Source: Candidatus Sericytochromatia bacterium (GTDB lineage Bacteria; Cyanobacteriota; Sericytochromatia; S15B-MN24; JAQBPE01). Taken from it: a stretch of 64,000 nt of DNA. The notes beneath the pieces were generated by a model. The model did no database searches and was not told the origin of the DNA. It saw only the letters and a list, made by a program, of their open reading frames with translations. Shown piece by piece: positions 29,155 through 39,632 of this stretch. The DNA lies in contig JBBAPZ010000004.1 in NCBI GenBank assembly GCA_040400605.1, positions 1 to 64,000 of the forward strand, given 5' to 3'. Both the position numbers and the translations under genes were made by a program. The stretch's first letter is position 1, and every line of letters begins with the position of its first letter.

Positions 29155-29821
29155 TCCCAAACCACCCAGTCAAAAGAGTCGCCCAACACGCAACGGAACC
29201 CTCGGTTTCGCGAAACAGACAACAACCATCTGATCATGACGCAAGGGTTAGTGGATCAAAACCAAGTGCCACAACCTGCACAACGACAACGAACAATCCG
29301 CTAATCTGATACCAGGAAAGCCATCCGCCGAAACCATTTTAAATCAAAAAGCCTCAGAACCGGTCGCTGTATCAGGTCAAACCATCGACCGCTTTGACCC
29401 GATGTAGCGACCCAATGAGTATCACCCTGAGCAACTGTCAGTCTTGACTGTCACCGCACGCGCTTTAGAATACACCATCTCGGGCTTAATGTGTGCTTAA
29501 CGCGCCCTGGTAACAATGGCGCAGCGCGCCCAACATACGAATCACGACAACCGATGTTCAGCCTTGAATTGTTGCCGTTTACTGTTGCGATATCGTGTAT
29601 GTCGCCTGGTTCTGTTCGTGTACTTCCCACAGTGACTACAGCCACGTTTGTTGGTGCCGTCATCGTCGTTCTGACCGGCAGGCTTTCCGAACCTCAATCG
29701 ACGGCCAAGCAATTGTTACAAGAATGGGTGTATTCAGGTCAAATGGTTATCACCCTTTACAATATTCCAAGATCTGTCGGGTTTCGGGATGTGTGTCACG
29801 TCGGTTTGGAGGGTTGGTTCC

Positions 29822-30313
29822 TTGGATGAGCAACAATTAAACGATGCGGGATTGGGTTGGCTGGTTACTGCTGGGGTTAATACTTTGGCTGATTATCTCG
29901 GTATCCGTCTGCTCGAAGCGGGGCCTGAGTGCGTGCGGGCCGAGATGCCGGTTGTCAGGCATGTGATGCAGCCCTTTGGTGTTTTGCATGGCGGCGCGAC
30001 GGTTGCGCTCGCAGAAACGGTTGCAAGCATCGGCGGGTGTTTGAATGTAAACATTGAAACGCATGTGGCCGTGGGGCTTGAGATTAATGCCAATCACCTG
30101 AGGCCCAAGACTGGCGGCATCATCACGGCAAGCGCCACGCCGATTCACCGGGGCAGCCGCACACAGGTCTGGGACATCCGCATCGCGGATGAAGCAGGAT
30201 TGCCCGTTGCGATCGCCCGTTGCACCCTGGCTGTCATCCCCAAACCAGCCGACTCGGCGGAGCGCCATCACGTTGGAGAACGGTCTCTAATTAGTGACAA
30301 TTCGCCTGTGTGA
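29822..30313 (+). CDS. menI: hotdog-fold thioesterase, probable 1,4-dihydroxy-2-naphthoyl-CoA hydrolase
   Basis: QPFGVLHGGATVALAET and GLEINANHLR; adjacent to the men operon; GGAGG RBS. Confidence 0.8.
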   Translation: MDEQQLNDAGLGWLVTAGVNTLADYLGIRLLEAGPECVRAEMPVVRHVMQPFGVLHGGATVALAETVASIGGCLNVNIETHVAVGLEINANHLRPKTGGIITASATPIHRGSRTQVWDIRIADEAGLPVAIARCTLAVIPKPADSAERHHVGERSLISDNSPV

Positions 30314-30552
30314 ACCGGAAAGTTTTAACGACGGCTTTAAGGATTGACTCCCAACATGTCGTGAAGCGAATCACTGAAAGATTGCCGGACTAAACGTGGT
30401 TGTACAACGTCGGATGGCGCCGCTTGAGACCAATCTTGACACGGTTTGTCCATCAGCACAGTTTTTGAAGCACCAAGGAATATCAGACGACGGGCTGCTT
30501 CTCCTCCGTTGTCAGTCTTTTCTATCGTTTACAACGCGGTACAGCCATCAGA

Positions 30553-31143
30553 TTATGGTTTGCGCACCAGCACCCGGTTCAAGGCGCGCAAGGTTTTGAG
30601 CAGGCCTGATTGGACGTCGGTGGCAATGGGTTCTCTGAGCATTTTTTCACCGAGGGTCAAAAATTCCGTAAACAGGACTTGGCCGAGCTCGGAGAGTGTG
30701 ATGAGGGTATCAAGCTGTGTGATGGCAACGGCATCCTGGGCGGGGTCAAGGCGTGTTCGAACGTCTTTGAGCACGTCGAGCATCGTGCCCAGTTGGTAGA
30801 GTTCGCGTTCCCGCAGCACTTTTAGAATGGGGCGCCCGATGTTCGATTCGGCCACGTAGTATTCCCTGCGATCGCCCGGGTGTGAATGGCGCTTGAGCAC
30901 CCCCCAATGCTGCAATTCCGCAAGCGACATGCTGACCAGGCCGCTCGAAACCCCCAAGCCTTCCTTGATGTCTCGCGCGGTGACCGGTTCGCCCTTCAAA
31001 AACACGAAAGTCCAGATCATGCCAAGCACACGCTTGAAGCCCCACAACTCCATCAACTCGCCCACCGCTTCGCAGGCTTGGTACAAATGGGGCGGCAACG
31101 GGGGCGTTTCAGACATGGCACGGCCTCCAACTGATGTGTTCAT
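30553..31143 (-). CDS. GbsR/MarR-family transcriptional regulator
   Basis: WGFKRVLGMIW...LGVSSGLVSMSLAELQHWG...GDRREYY; last gene of the men operon. Confidence 0.85.
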   Translation of the reverse strand: MNTSVGGRAMSETPPLPPHLYQACEAVGELMELWGFKRVLGMIWTFVFLKGEPVTARDIKEGLGVSSGLVSMSLAELQHWGVLKRHSHPGDRREYYVAESNIGRPILKVLRERELYQLGTMLDVLKDVRTRLDPAQDAVAITQLDTLITLSELGQVLFTEFLTLGEKMLREPIATDVQSGLLKTLRALNRVLVRKP

Positions 31144-31144
31144 C

Positions 31145-32581
31145 TTAATTGATTTCCCCTACTGTGGAATTTTTTTTGATCAACACGCGGTCTAATTTTC
31201 CATTTCCCAAACGCGGGAGGTCGTCAACAATATGGATACGATCCGGACATTTGAATGCAGCCAGGTGTTGCGTCAGCCACGCCCGCAAGGCAGCCTCGCC
31301 CGCGAACACATTTGTCACGCCAAGCCACGCCACCGGCCGTTGGCCCCACCGATGATGCGCGATGCCAACAACCGCCGCTTCCCGAACGCCCGGAAAGGTC
31401 CGCAATACGCGCTCGACCTCTGCGGGATAAATGTTTTCACCACCGGAGACGATGAGATCATCGCGCCTCGCGTGCACAACGAGGTTGCCGGCCTGATCCA
31501 GGTGTCCAAGATCGCCCGTGATTAACCAACCGCTTTGCGGGGCTTCGCCCAGATAACCAGCAAAGACGCCCGGTCCCTCGATGGCAATCAATCCCGCTGT
31601 TTCCGCCTGTTGCACCGCGCCTGCTTCATTCACGATGCGTACGGCGGTACTGGGCAGGGCACAACCACTGTGACGCAGTGCCTGACCCCGTTCGGAAAGT
31701 TTGGCGATGGTGACTGCCGCGCACGCTTCGGTGAGGCCATAGCTTGGGAGCGCGAAGGGACAGCGTGCCAGCAAGGCAGGATCGACCGCCGCGCCTCCCA
31801 CCAATACCACGCGTAATAACGGTGGCCAGGGGCGATCGCCTGTGGCATCCACCAAATCCTGCAACATCGTCGGAACGATCGACGCAACCGTGACGGCTTG
31901 CTGGTGCCACCCCGCCAGCACTTCGGTCGCATCGAAACGCTCGGCCATCACAAATGCCGCGCGCGCCAACAGACACCGAAAGACGATGCTTAACCCACCC
32001 ACGTGATACAAGGGGATACCAAGCCACCAGCGATCGCCTGCGCCCAAAGCCAGCTGCCCATTCACGGCTCGCGCTGCACGCACAGCCGTTGCAACCGGAA
32101 TCCGCGCAATCTTGGGTCGTCCCGTTGTTCCAGACGTCGCAAGCCAAATTTCAGGCGCCCCCATCTTTGCCAATTTGGCTTGAGTCCCCAAGCGCTGCAA
32201 ACCAGGTGGGTCACCGGGGAAGGTCCACTGCCAGTGCGCACTCGCACGCATCAAGACATCCGTGCATTCCGCTTCAGTCCACCGCGTGGAAAGGGCGAGG
32301 GTGTGGAGTCCATGCCGATGGCACGCCAACAAGGCGGCCACCCAATCCACGCCATTGGGCCCTTTGAGTGCCACGACCTCACCTGAACTCACCCCTTGCG
32401 CAACCAGGTGTCGATAAAACGTCTCAATGCGTTCATACAAAGCCCCAGCCGTCAGCGGGTTGCCTTGTGGGTCAATCATCAGAACCTGTGACGGGTCGGA
32501 CGCAGCCAACGCGTGGATGTGGTCAGCCAGCGTCAATGAGTCCATTTTTGTCGAGTCACTGTGGTTGGATGGGGTTAGCAT
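31145..32581 (-). CDS. menE: o-succinylbenzoate--CoA ligase
   Basis: TSGTTGRPK, PLYHVGG, SYGLTE, TGDLG and SGGENIYP; operon context. Confidence 0.92.
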   Translation of the reverse strand: MLTPSNHSDSTKMDSLTLADHIHALAASDPSQVLMIDPQGNPLTAGALYERIETFYRHLVAQGVSSGEVVALKGPNGVDWVAALLACHRHGLHTLALSTRWTEAECTDVLMRASAHWQWTFPGDPPGLQRLGTQAKLAKMGAPEIWLATSGTTGRPKIARIPVATAVRAARAVNGQLALGAGDRWWLGIPLYHVGGLSIVFRCLLARAAFVMAERFDATEVLAGWHQQAVTVASIVPTMLQDLVDATGDRPWPPLLRVVLVGGAAVDPALLARCPFALPSYGLTEACAAVTIAKLSERGQALRHSGCALPSTAVRIVNEAGAVQQAETAGLIAIEGPGVFAGYLGEAPQSGWLITGDLGHLDQAGNLVVHARRDDLIVSGGENIYPAEVERVLRTFPGVREAAVVGIAHHRWGQRPVAWLGVTNVFAGEAALRAWLTQHLAAFKCPDRIHIVDDLPRLGNGKLDRVLIKKNSTVGEIN

Positions 32582-33705
32582 GTCGCTGCCTCCGGGCGCC
32601 AAGTGGCTAAATCCGCAGGCAGGTGATTCACACCGAGACCGTACCCCTTAGTCGGGGTCAAGACTGGCCCCTGAGCGGTTAACGGTGGATTTGGCCACGT
32701 ATCATTCAGCCACGCGGTTGTGCCCAAGCCGCAGGGTGCCGGATGCTCCGTCGTGCTCAGTGCGTGCAAGATTCCCAGCGACGCGATGCCGCGATCCAGC
32801 GCCGAGGTCATGACAACGGTAGTATGGTTGGCTTGACACGCCCGCACAATCGCCAAGGCGCGCAAGAGGCCGCCGTGCACGCCCGGCTTGAGCACGAGTG
32901 CCGTCACGCCCGCTTGGATGAGGCGTTGGGGAGCATCGGCTCCGGCGCCCAAGGCTTCATCCGCGGCAACTGGCACACCCGAGGCTTCCTGCACGATGCG
33001 CAGGCCTTCAAAGTCGGTTGCCGCCACCGGCTGTTCGACGTAAGCGATGTCATAGGGTGCGAAGCGTTTGAGGTTGGCGATCGCATCGGGACGCGACCAC
33101 GTCCCATTGGCGTCCAGCCGCAGCCGCGCACAAGGCCCCAATACTTGACGCAAACTGGCAACCCGCGCCACGTCCTCCTCATTGGAGAGATACCCCACCT
33201 TCAGTTTGAAGCATTTAAAACCGTCTTTGGCATACGCGCGTGCCACCGTGCTCAGTTCGTCCGGGGTGTTTCCTGCAAGCAATGCATTCATGGTCACAGG
33301 CGCTGGCTGGACGGCACCCAATAAACGATACAACGGGACACCTTCCGCTTTGGCGCAATAATCCAGCAAGGCCAGTTCGAGGCCGGCCCAAAGGGCTGGG
33401 GAAACCCCGGCTTGGATGCCAAAAACCTGTTGACAGGCCTTCGACCATTCATCCACGTTCGTGAACCCTGGCCACGCCGGGAGGTCAAAGGTCCGTGAGG
33501 CAAGCGTGTTCAAAGCTTCCTGGCATTGGGAGAACGACTCTGAACCCCACGGGGGCAAAGGGGTCACTTCACCCAGTCCGCTCAGGCCTGAGCGATCCCT
33601 GAGGGCAATCCACCACCCCTCACGCGTGTGCCAGGTTTGCCCCGCCGTGCGCAAGGGCTGTTTAAATGACACGTGGTAAGGCAAATGGTGGCAAACGAGG
33701 CGCAT
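32575..33705 (-). CDS. menC: o-succinylbenzoate synthase
   Basis: Enolase superfamily KLKVG, RLDAN, EQP, ADE and LKP; start overlaps the menA stop (TGATG). Confidence 0.92.
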   Translation of the reverse strand: MRLVCHHLPYHVSFKQPLRTAGQTWHTREGWWIALRDRSGLSGLGEVTPLPPWGSESFSQCQEALNTLASRTFDLPAWPGFTNVDEWSKACQQVFGIQAGVSPALWAGLELALLDYCAKAEGVPLYRLLGAVQPAPVTMNALLAGNTPDELSTVARAYAKDGFKCFKLKVGYLSNEEDVARVASLRQVLGPCARLRLDANGTWSRPDAIANLKRFAPYDIAYVEQPVAATDFEGLRIVQEASGVPVAADEALGAGADAPQRLIQAGVTALVLKPGVHGGLLRALAIVRACQANHTTVVMTSALDRGIASLGILHALSTTEHPAPCGLGTTAWLNDTWPNPPLTAQGPVLTPTKGYGLGVNHLPADLATWRPEAATC

Positions 33706-34583
33706 CACAACGCGACCCCCAAGGCCAACAGGCTCCCGGCAACCAGTGTCAGGCGCGCCGTTTGACCGAGTGCCTGATTGAGGCGCGGTCCGTCGATGGG
33801 CGCAAACACCGCTTGTGTGGGGGCGATGGTGAGCGGTATAGCAACCAACACAAGCAAGGCTTTGGCATCCAGCAAGCCAGCCGCCACCAGGGCGCAGGGA
33901 ATGGCAAAGCCACTGGTTATCAACGTGCCATAGAGGAGGCGTCCGAAGCGAACGCCAAAGCGCACGACCAGGGTGCGCTTGCCGCAATCCGCGTCGCTGT
34001 GGTGATCCCGCAAATTGTTGACGAGCATGATCGCAGCCACCCACAAACCCACAGGACACGATAACCCCAGCGTCAGGGGCGTGATGGCAACCAGTTGCGC
34101 CTGCAAGGTGCCAAGTACGGCGATCGGACCGAAAAACGCGAAAGCACATACTTCGCCCAACCCACGATAAGCCAACTTGAATGGGGTCATCGTGTAGGCG
34201 ATGGCTGTTAGCATTGCAACAAGCCCGATGATCAAAATGGGATATCCCCCTTGCGCGATGAGGTAGACACCGCAGCCCGCCGCCAAAACCAGGGTCCAGG
34301 CAGTGGCCTTGATGACAGCCTGCGGGGAGGCGAGCCCTGCCTGGGTCACCCGCACGGGACCCAGGCGTTCGTGCGTGTCCGCACCTTGCCGCCAGTCGAA
34401 GTAATCGTTGGCGAAGTTGGCGGCAATTTGCAGCAACACGGCGCATAGCAGGGCGCAAATCACAACTGTGGGGTTGAGTGCGCCGAGGTCTGCGGCGATC
34501 GCCCCCCCCAGCAAAACAGGCACCACCGCGGCACTCAGTGTTCGCGGCCGGGCAGCTTGCACCCAAACACCAATCCCTGTCAT
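33705..34583 (-). CDS. menA: 1,4-dihydroxy-2-naphthoate polyprenyltransferase
   Basis: AARPRTL, NDYFD...GAD, NNLRD and GKRTL. Confidence 0.95.
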   Translation of the reverse strand: MTGIGVWVQAARPRTLSAAVVPVLLGGAIAADLGALNPTVVICALLCAVLLQIAANFANDYFDWRQGADTHERLGPVRVTQAGLASPQAVIKATAWTLVLAAGCGVYLIAQGGYPILIIGLVAMLTAIAYTMTPFKLAYRGLGEVCAFAFFGPIAVLGTLQAQLVAITPLTLGLSCPVGLWVAAIMLVNNLRDHHSDADCGKRTLVVRFGVRFGRLLYGTLITSGFAIPCALVAAGLLDAKALLVLVAIPLTIAPTQAVFAPIDGPRLNQALGQTARLTLVAGSLLALGVAL

Positions 34584-34584
34584 C

Positions 34585-35430
34585 CTACGGCCTCCGGGGA
34601 AACCGGGAGAAATTGGGCTTGCGCTTCTGCACATAAGCGTTACGGCCTTCTTGCGCCTCTTCGCTCATGTAATAAAGCAAGGTCGCATTCCCTGCGAGTT
34701 CCTGCAACCCGGCTTGCCCATCCGTACCCGCATTGAAGGCGGACTTGAGACAACGCAAGGCCAAGGGCGACATCTGCAACATCTCCTGACACCACCGAAC
34801 CGTTTCCTCTTCCAGTTCTGCAAGCGGCACCACCGTGTTGACAAGCCCCATGGCCAAGGCCTGTTGCGCATCATACTGCCGACACAAAAACCAGATTTCC
34901 TTGGCTTTTTTGGGACCGACCATTTCTGCGAGGTAACTCGCGCCGAAGCCGCCGTCAAACGAGCCCACCTTGGGGCCGGTCTGGCCAAAGCGTGCGTTGT
35001 CAGCGGCGATCGTCAGATCACACACCACATGCAACACATGCCCGCCACCGATGGCGTAGCCCGCAACCATCGCCACGACCGGCTTCGGCAACGAACGAAT
35101 CTGTTTTTGGAGGTCCAACACATTCAAGCGGGGCACGCCATCCAACCCCACGTATCCGTCATCGCCCCGCACGCGCTGATCCCCACCGGAACAAAAGGCA
35201 TCGGGCCCTTCGCCGGTCAGGATCACGACCCCCACGGATTGATCCTCCCGCGCCTCCACAAACGCATGGCACAACTCCTGTACCGTCAAAGGACGAAAGG
35301 CGTTCCGCACCTGCGGCCGGTTGATCGTAATCTTTGCGATCCCCTCATAGACCTCATAACGGATATCCGTATAGTCGCGCTTTTTCTGCCAAGACGCCGC
35401 CGAACGAATTACCGGACTCTCAACACCCAT
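34585..35430 (-). CDS. menB: 1,4-dihydroxy-2-naphthoyl-CoA synthase
   Basis: [26 protein letters not shown] and GLQELAG. Confidence 0.98.
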   Translation of the reverse strand: MGVESPVIRSAASWQKKRDYTDIRYEVYEGIAKITINRPQVRNAFRPLTVQELCHAFVEAREDQSVGVVILTGEGPDAFCSGGDQRVRGDDGYVGLDGVPRLNVLDLQKQIRSLPKPVVAMVAGYAIGGGHVLHVVCDLTIAADNARFGQTGPKVGSFDGGFGASYLAEMVGPKKAKEIWFLCRQYDAQQALAMGLVNTVVPLAELEEETVRWCQEMLQMSPLALRCLKSAFNAGTDGQAGLQELAGNATLLYYMSEEAQEGRNAYVQKRKPNFSRFPRRP

Positions 35431-35447
35431 GGGTCATCCTCCTTTAT

Positions 35448-36287
35448 CTAAATCAGTGAGCCAAGCATCACTTGCGCCAACTCGTTCGGTGTCTCCAAAG
35501 GCACGTTGTGTGCCACCCCGTCCAAAACGTGCAAGCGACTCGCACGCATCTCATCCCGCATGGTTTCGCCCCAGGTCACATAACGCGCATCGTTTGCACC
35601 CACCACGAGTTCGGTTGGCAAAAGACATTGTGACAAGGCAGGGCCGACATACGGTTCACGGCCGGGGCTGAAGGCTGCGATCGCCTGTGCGAGTCCTTCC
35701 GGGTCCTGCGCGAGCCGCAGTTCACGCCACCACGCACGCTGAACATCATCGAGCGATCGCCCCCCATTAAACAGGGCTTGCTCATCCCATTGTGCGATAA
35801 ATCCTGCCATGCCCTCTTCACGCAATAAATCAGCCCAACGACCATCCCGTTCCCGCCGTTCATCCCGTTCTGTGGCACCTGCCACACCCGGCGAAGTCGA
35901 GACGAGCATCAGGTGCCCCACACCCTCGGGATACCCCAAAGCCAGTTGCAGCGCCAGCCTGCCACCCAGTGAGTAACCAATGAGCGTCACAGGCCCCAAA
36001 GCAAGCGTTTGCAGCATCACAGCCAAGGCCTTGGCGACATCTTGAAGCGTGAGACCCTGCTTGGGCCAGGCGCTGCCCCCATGTCCCGGTAAATCAACCC
36101 CAATGTAACACCGGTTTAAAGGCAAGTGCTTCACAACCGGCTCCCACGCAGCCGCTGATCCCGCAAAGCCATGCAACAGAATCCAAACGGGTGCCGATCC
36201 CGCGGCTGCACCCCACCAGCGGGTCTGCAGTCGCAAACCGCACGCTTCCCACACGCCTTGTTGTTGCTTCATCACCTCACCACTCAC
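35448..36287 (-). CDS. menH: SHCHC synthase
   Basis: LHGF, DLPGHG, GYSLGGR and AHNV; between menD and menB. Confidence 0.9.
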   Translation of the reverse strand: MSGEVMKQQQGVWEACGLRLQTRWWGAAAGSAPVWILLHGFAGSAAAWEPVVKHLPLNRCYIGVDLPGHGGSAWPKQGLTLQDVAKALAVMLQTLALGPVTLIGYSLGGRLALQLALGYPEGVGHLMLVSTSPGVAGATERDERRERDGRWADLLREEGMAGFIAQWDEQALFNGGRSLDDVQRAWWRELRLAQDPEGLAQAIAAFSPGREPYVGPALSQCLLPTELVVGANDARYVTWGETMRDEMRASRLHVLDGVAHNVPLETPNELAQVMLGSLI

Positions 36288-38020
36288 ACAAGCACCTCGC
36301 GCGGCAGTGTGTCGACAATCATCTGCAGCCATGCTTTGTGTGCCCGTGCTGTTTGCGCGCGCTTTGTGCACATTTCGATGACCTGGTGGCCAAGTCGCGC
36401 ATCGGCTCTCATCGTGCGCATCACGTCAGCGACTGCATCCGGGGTCGTTACCCGGTGATGGGTGAGCCCGAAGGCTTGGGTCAACAGGCCAAAATTGACT
36501 GCTTGGGGGGTCGCAAACAAGCGTTCGTAACCCGGAACCGCGTTGGCAATGGGCAATTGGTCAAAAATGCCGCCCCCGCCGTTGTTGAGCAAGAGGATGA
36601 CGATTGGGAAAGGGCTGCGGGCGATCGCACTGAGGCCGCCGCAGTCATGCAAAAATGCGATATCCCCCACCACCAACAAAACCAAACGTGCCGACCCCAG
36701 TGCAACCCCGGCGGCTGCCGAGAGTAGGCCATCGATCCCGTTCGCACCCCGAAAAGCCAACGACTGCAGCTGGGCGGTGGCGCTCCCACCGTAGGTCTCA
36801 CCGTGTCGAATCGGCAACGAACTGGCCCAAACAACCCCCATCGGTTCATTCGTGCCGCTCAGGGCTGCGCGCACTGCCGCTGCTTCTTCAGGCATGGCAT
36901 CCGGTGTTTCATGAAGGCAGCGTGTGACATGCTGCTCCGCCAAGCACCACCTGGCGCGCCACCCGTTTGAGCCTTGCCGGGTAACGCCTTGCAAGGCTTG
37001 GGTGAGCGCAGGGACAACCGCCTCCACCGGTCCTGTGACCACAGTGTGGGCGAGCGCTTCGGGATCGCGTCTCTGGCGCGTGTCCTGAAAGAGCACCTGA
37101 TGGGCTTGGGAGCGTGATAGACAGGTTTGGACACCTTTACCCGTGGGCCACGCGCCAAAGCGCAACAAGAGGTCGGCATCCGGCCATTCGGGGTGCCGCG
37201 TGAATGCGTCCGCGTGGGTGATAATGTAGCCTGCACCGTTCTGGGCGCGCACACCCGAGGCCACATCCGCGACCAAGGGGGCATCGAGGACACGGGCCAG
37301 TGCAAGCAAGGTGTCGGCTGAACCGGCATCCGGACCCGCAATGATCAGTGGTCGGGTCGCTTGCGTGCAACGCGCGACCAGCTCGGCGAGTGACGACGCA
37401 TCAGGCACGGCGTGCGCCGCTTTAAGGGTTTTGGTCAGCCAGCTGAGCTGCCACGTTTGCCGACCTTGCGGGGGCAACGTGATCAAGGCCCCATCGGCCC
37501 CCACGTCAAAGGGCACGTTGATGTGCACGGGGCCGTCAACACTGGCCAAGGCTGCCAGCGTGACTTGTCCTGAAGCCGAGCGCAAGGCCCGTTCCGAGGC
37601 GCGGGGCATGGGGAGATCCAAAAAGTGGGCGCATCGGGTGCCGTAAAGGTGAATCTGGTCGATCGTCTGGGCCGCACCCAAGCCGCGCACGGCGCCAGGG
37701 CGGTCGGCGGTGAGCGCAATGAGGGGTACGTGCGTTAACTGCGCTTCGATGATGGCAGGGTAGTAATGGGCGCCTGCCGTGCCCGATGTGCAGATTAAAG
37801 CGACCGGCTTCTGACTGGCTTTGGCGATGCCCAACGCGAAAAATCCCGCGGAGCGTTCATCGACCAAGATACTGGTCCGCAAGTCCGGATGCGCGTCTGC
37901 CACCACCGCAAGCGGCGTTGAGCGGCTGCCGGGGGAGATGACCACGTCTTGAACCCCGGCTGCGGCCAAGGTATCCAGGATCATCCATGCCCATTGTTCG
38001 TTGGGGTTTTCAGCAGACAC
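36284..38020 (-). CDS. menD: SEPHCHC synthase
   Basis: SPGSRSTPL, DERSAGF, CTSGTA, RGANGIDG and GDIAFLHD...NNGGGGIF. Confidence 0.97.
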   Translation of the reverse strand: MSAENPNEQWAWMILDTLAAAGVQDVVISPGSRSTPLAVVADAHPDLRTSILVDERSAGFFALGIAKASQKPVALICTSGTAGAHYYPAIIEAQLTHVPLIALTADRPGAVRGLGAAQTIDQIHLYGTRCAHFLDLPMPRASERALRSASGQVTLAALASVDGPVHINVPFDVGADGALITLPPQGRQTWQLSWLTKTLKAAHAVPDASSLAELVARCTQATRPLIIAGPDAGSADTLLALARVLDAPLVADVASGVRAQNGAGYIITHADAFTRHPEWPDADLLLRFGAWPTGKGVQTCLSRSQAHQVLFQDTRQRRDPEALAHTVVTGPVEAVVPALTQALQGVTRQGSNGWRARWCLAEQHVTRCLHETPDAMPEEAAAVRAALSGTNEPMGVVWASSLPIRHGETYGGSATAQLQSLAFRGANGIDGLLSAAAGVALGSARLVLLVVGDIAFLHDCGGLSAIARSPFPIVILLLNNGGGGIFDQLPIANAVPGYERLFATPQAVNFGLLTQAFGLTHHRVTTPDAVADVMRTMRADARLGHQVIEMCTKRAQTARAHKAWLQMIVDTLPREVLV

Positions 38021-39392
38021 GTGCGATCGCCCCCCACTGTTTCAAAATGCCACGCAAAGCTTCACCCTTGCGCGCCGTTTCGAGCCACTCCGCCTTGGCT
38101 TCAGACCCTGCCACAATGCCTGCGCCCATCATCAACGCGATGCGATCACCCCACACGTGCGCAAAGCGAATGGCCACCCAAAACTGAGCTCCTTCCGCCG
38201 TAACAACCCCAACAGGTGCCCCATACCATCCCCGCGGCGCCGCTTCCGTGTCACGAATCAACTGCAAGGCTGCATCCTTGGGAACGCCACCCAATGCCGG
38301 GGTGGGATGCAGCGCATTGACTATCGCGGCGATATCCGCCGCTTCAGCCAAGCTCGCCTCCAAAGGCGTAAAAAGATGCTGGATATAGGACAGCTTTTTC
38401 ACTTGCGGCTCAGGCGGAAACGACCACGTATCAACCCACGGCCGCAGCACGTCCTGGATGCCATCAATGACCAATTGATGCTCACCCCGCTCCTTGGCAC
38501 TCTCCAGGAGCGCGCGTGCCAATTCGTCATCCGCGCTTGGATCTGTACCGCGACTGGCACTCCCTGCCAAGGCATCCAACTGAAGCCGCAAGCCATCAAA
38601 GCGGCACAGGCGCTCAGGAGTGGCCATGACCACCGCCTGACTTGCTCCCCGCGATAACAGCATTCGGGTCGTGCCGTGAGCCTGTCTGGCAATCACAGCA
38701 AACAGACTGGCCAGATCATCAGGGCTTGCGCTCCGATCAAGCTGCCAGACTTCGTGGCGCGCCATGACCACTTTGGTCAAAGACCCTTCGACGATCGCAG
38801 CCAAAGCCCCTTTCACCTGCGTCTCCCATTGCTCAAACGATACCGCCGTCACCGGCGCATCGTATGCCAAAGCCGCACCAGAACCGACGACGGACCCCGT
38901 ACGCGCCCAATCGTGTAGCGCTCGAGTTTCCGCATCCAAGCAGCGTTCCAACGTCCCGACATCATCCCCCTTCACAACAACAGCCCAGCGCCACGGGCCG
39001 TCTTCCGGGCGTTTCCAGAGAATCCAGCGTGGCAGGATCCACAGGGCCCCCGGCCAGCGATCGCCCAAGGGCGTCACAGAATGATCGGCATCAAATGCCA
39101 TTCCGCCCACGAACCACAACGGCAAGTCACTCCCCACTTGCTGACCCAAGTCACGCAACACGGCCTGCATCGCCATAACGTTTCCAGAACCCCAGCGCCC
39201 ATCTGTGCCAGTTTGCTCGTCTGCAACCCCGAAGCCGACCCAGTGCAAGCCATCCTCGAGGACCAACCGACACTGGGTTTCATCAGGAACGGACCTTGTT
39301 TCCCAAGCAGCGGCGGTCACATCGAACCCACCGGTTCGGACACCGAAACGGTAACCCTGTCCTTGGTTTCGCACTGGCTCTGCCACAACCAC
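38010..39392 (-). CDS. menF: isochorismate synthase
   Basis: KVVMAR, ATPERL, ALAGS, LHPTPALGG, RGWY and GAGIV. Confidence 0.95.
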   Translation of the reverse strand: MVVAEPVRNQGQGYRFGVRTGGFDVTAAAWETRSVPDETQCRLVLEDGLHWVGFGVADEQTGTDGRWGSGNVMAMQAVLRDLGQQVGSDLPLWFVGGMAFDADHSVTPLGDRWPGALWILPRWILWKRPEDGPWRWAVVVKGDDVGTLERCLDAETRALHDWARTGSVVGSGAALAYDAPVTAVSFEQWETQVKGALAAIVEGSLTKVVMARHEVWQLDRSASPDDLASLFAVIARQAHGTTRMLLSRGASQAVVMATPERLCRFDGLRLQLDALAGSASRGTDPSADDELARALLESAKERGEHQLVIDGIQDVLRPWVDTWSFPPEPQVKKLSYIQHLFTPLEASLAEAADIAAIVNALHPTPALGGVPKDAALQLIRDTEAAPRGWYGAPVGVVTAEGAQFWVAIRFAHVWGDRIALMMGAGIVAGSEAKAEWLETARKGEALRGILKQWGAIARVC

Positions 39393-39450
39393 ACCCCGCA
39401 GCCCTGTTGTGTCCCCAGACTGAATGGATCAAATTTTTATCGTCCACAAG

Positions 39451-39491
39451 TTTCAAAATTTCTTGAAAATTCTGAAAAGAATGGGTATAAA
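39451..39491 (+). promoter_or_regulatory. sigma70 promoter for aroF-polyprenyl synthase-menG overlapped by an inverted-repeat operator
   Basis: TTGAAA(39463)-N17-TATAAA(39486); inverted repeat TTTCAA-N6-TTGAAA at 39451-39468. Confidence 0.65.
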
Positions 39492-39632
39492 CTAACACAG
39501 GGGCGAGGGGCCGTAAAGAAAATTTTTCATTCACTGCGTGGTTTTTGAGTTTTTAATCACAGGGCGAGGGTGTGCGGTCGCAGTGTCTGAGCGGGGCTAT
39601 GTTGCCTGTGAGGGTGTGAAAAGGAGGGGTCG

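Noticed and set aside
29160..29800. Short ORFs or a structured RNA in the 640-bp truD-menI spacer
   Set aside because: No convincing RBS, motif or recognisable tRNA/riboswitch fold by eye; left unannotated.
33706..34566. N-terminal 287 aa of the 663-aa ORF, suggesting a MenC fusion
   Set aside because: Out-of-frame overlap with menA; MenC starts at 33705 by TGATG coupling.
34408..35451. 347-aa plus-strand ORF
   Set aside because: Antisense shadow of menB and menA.
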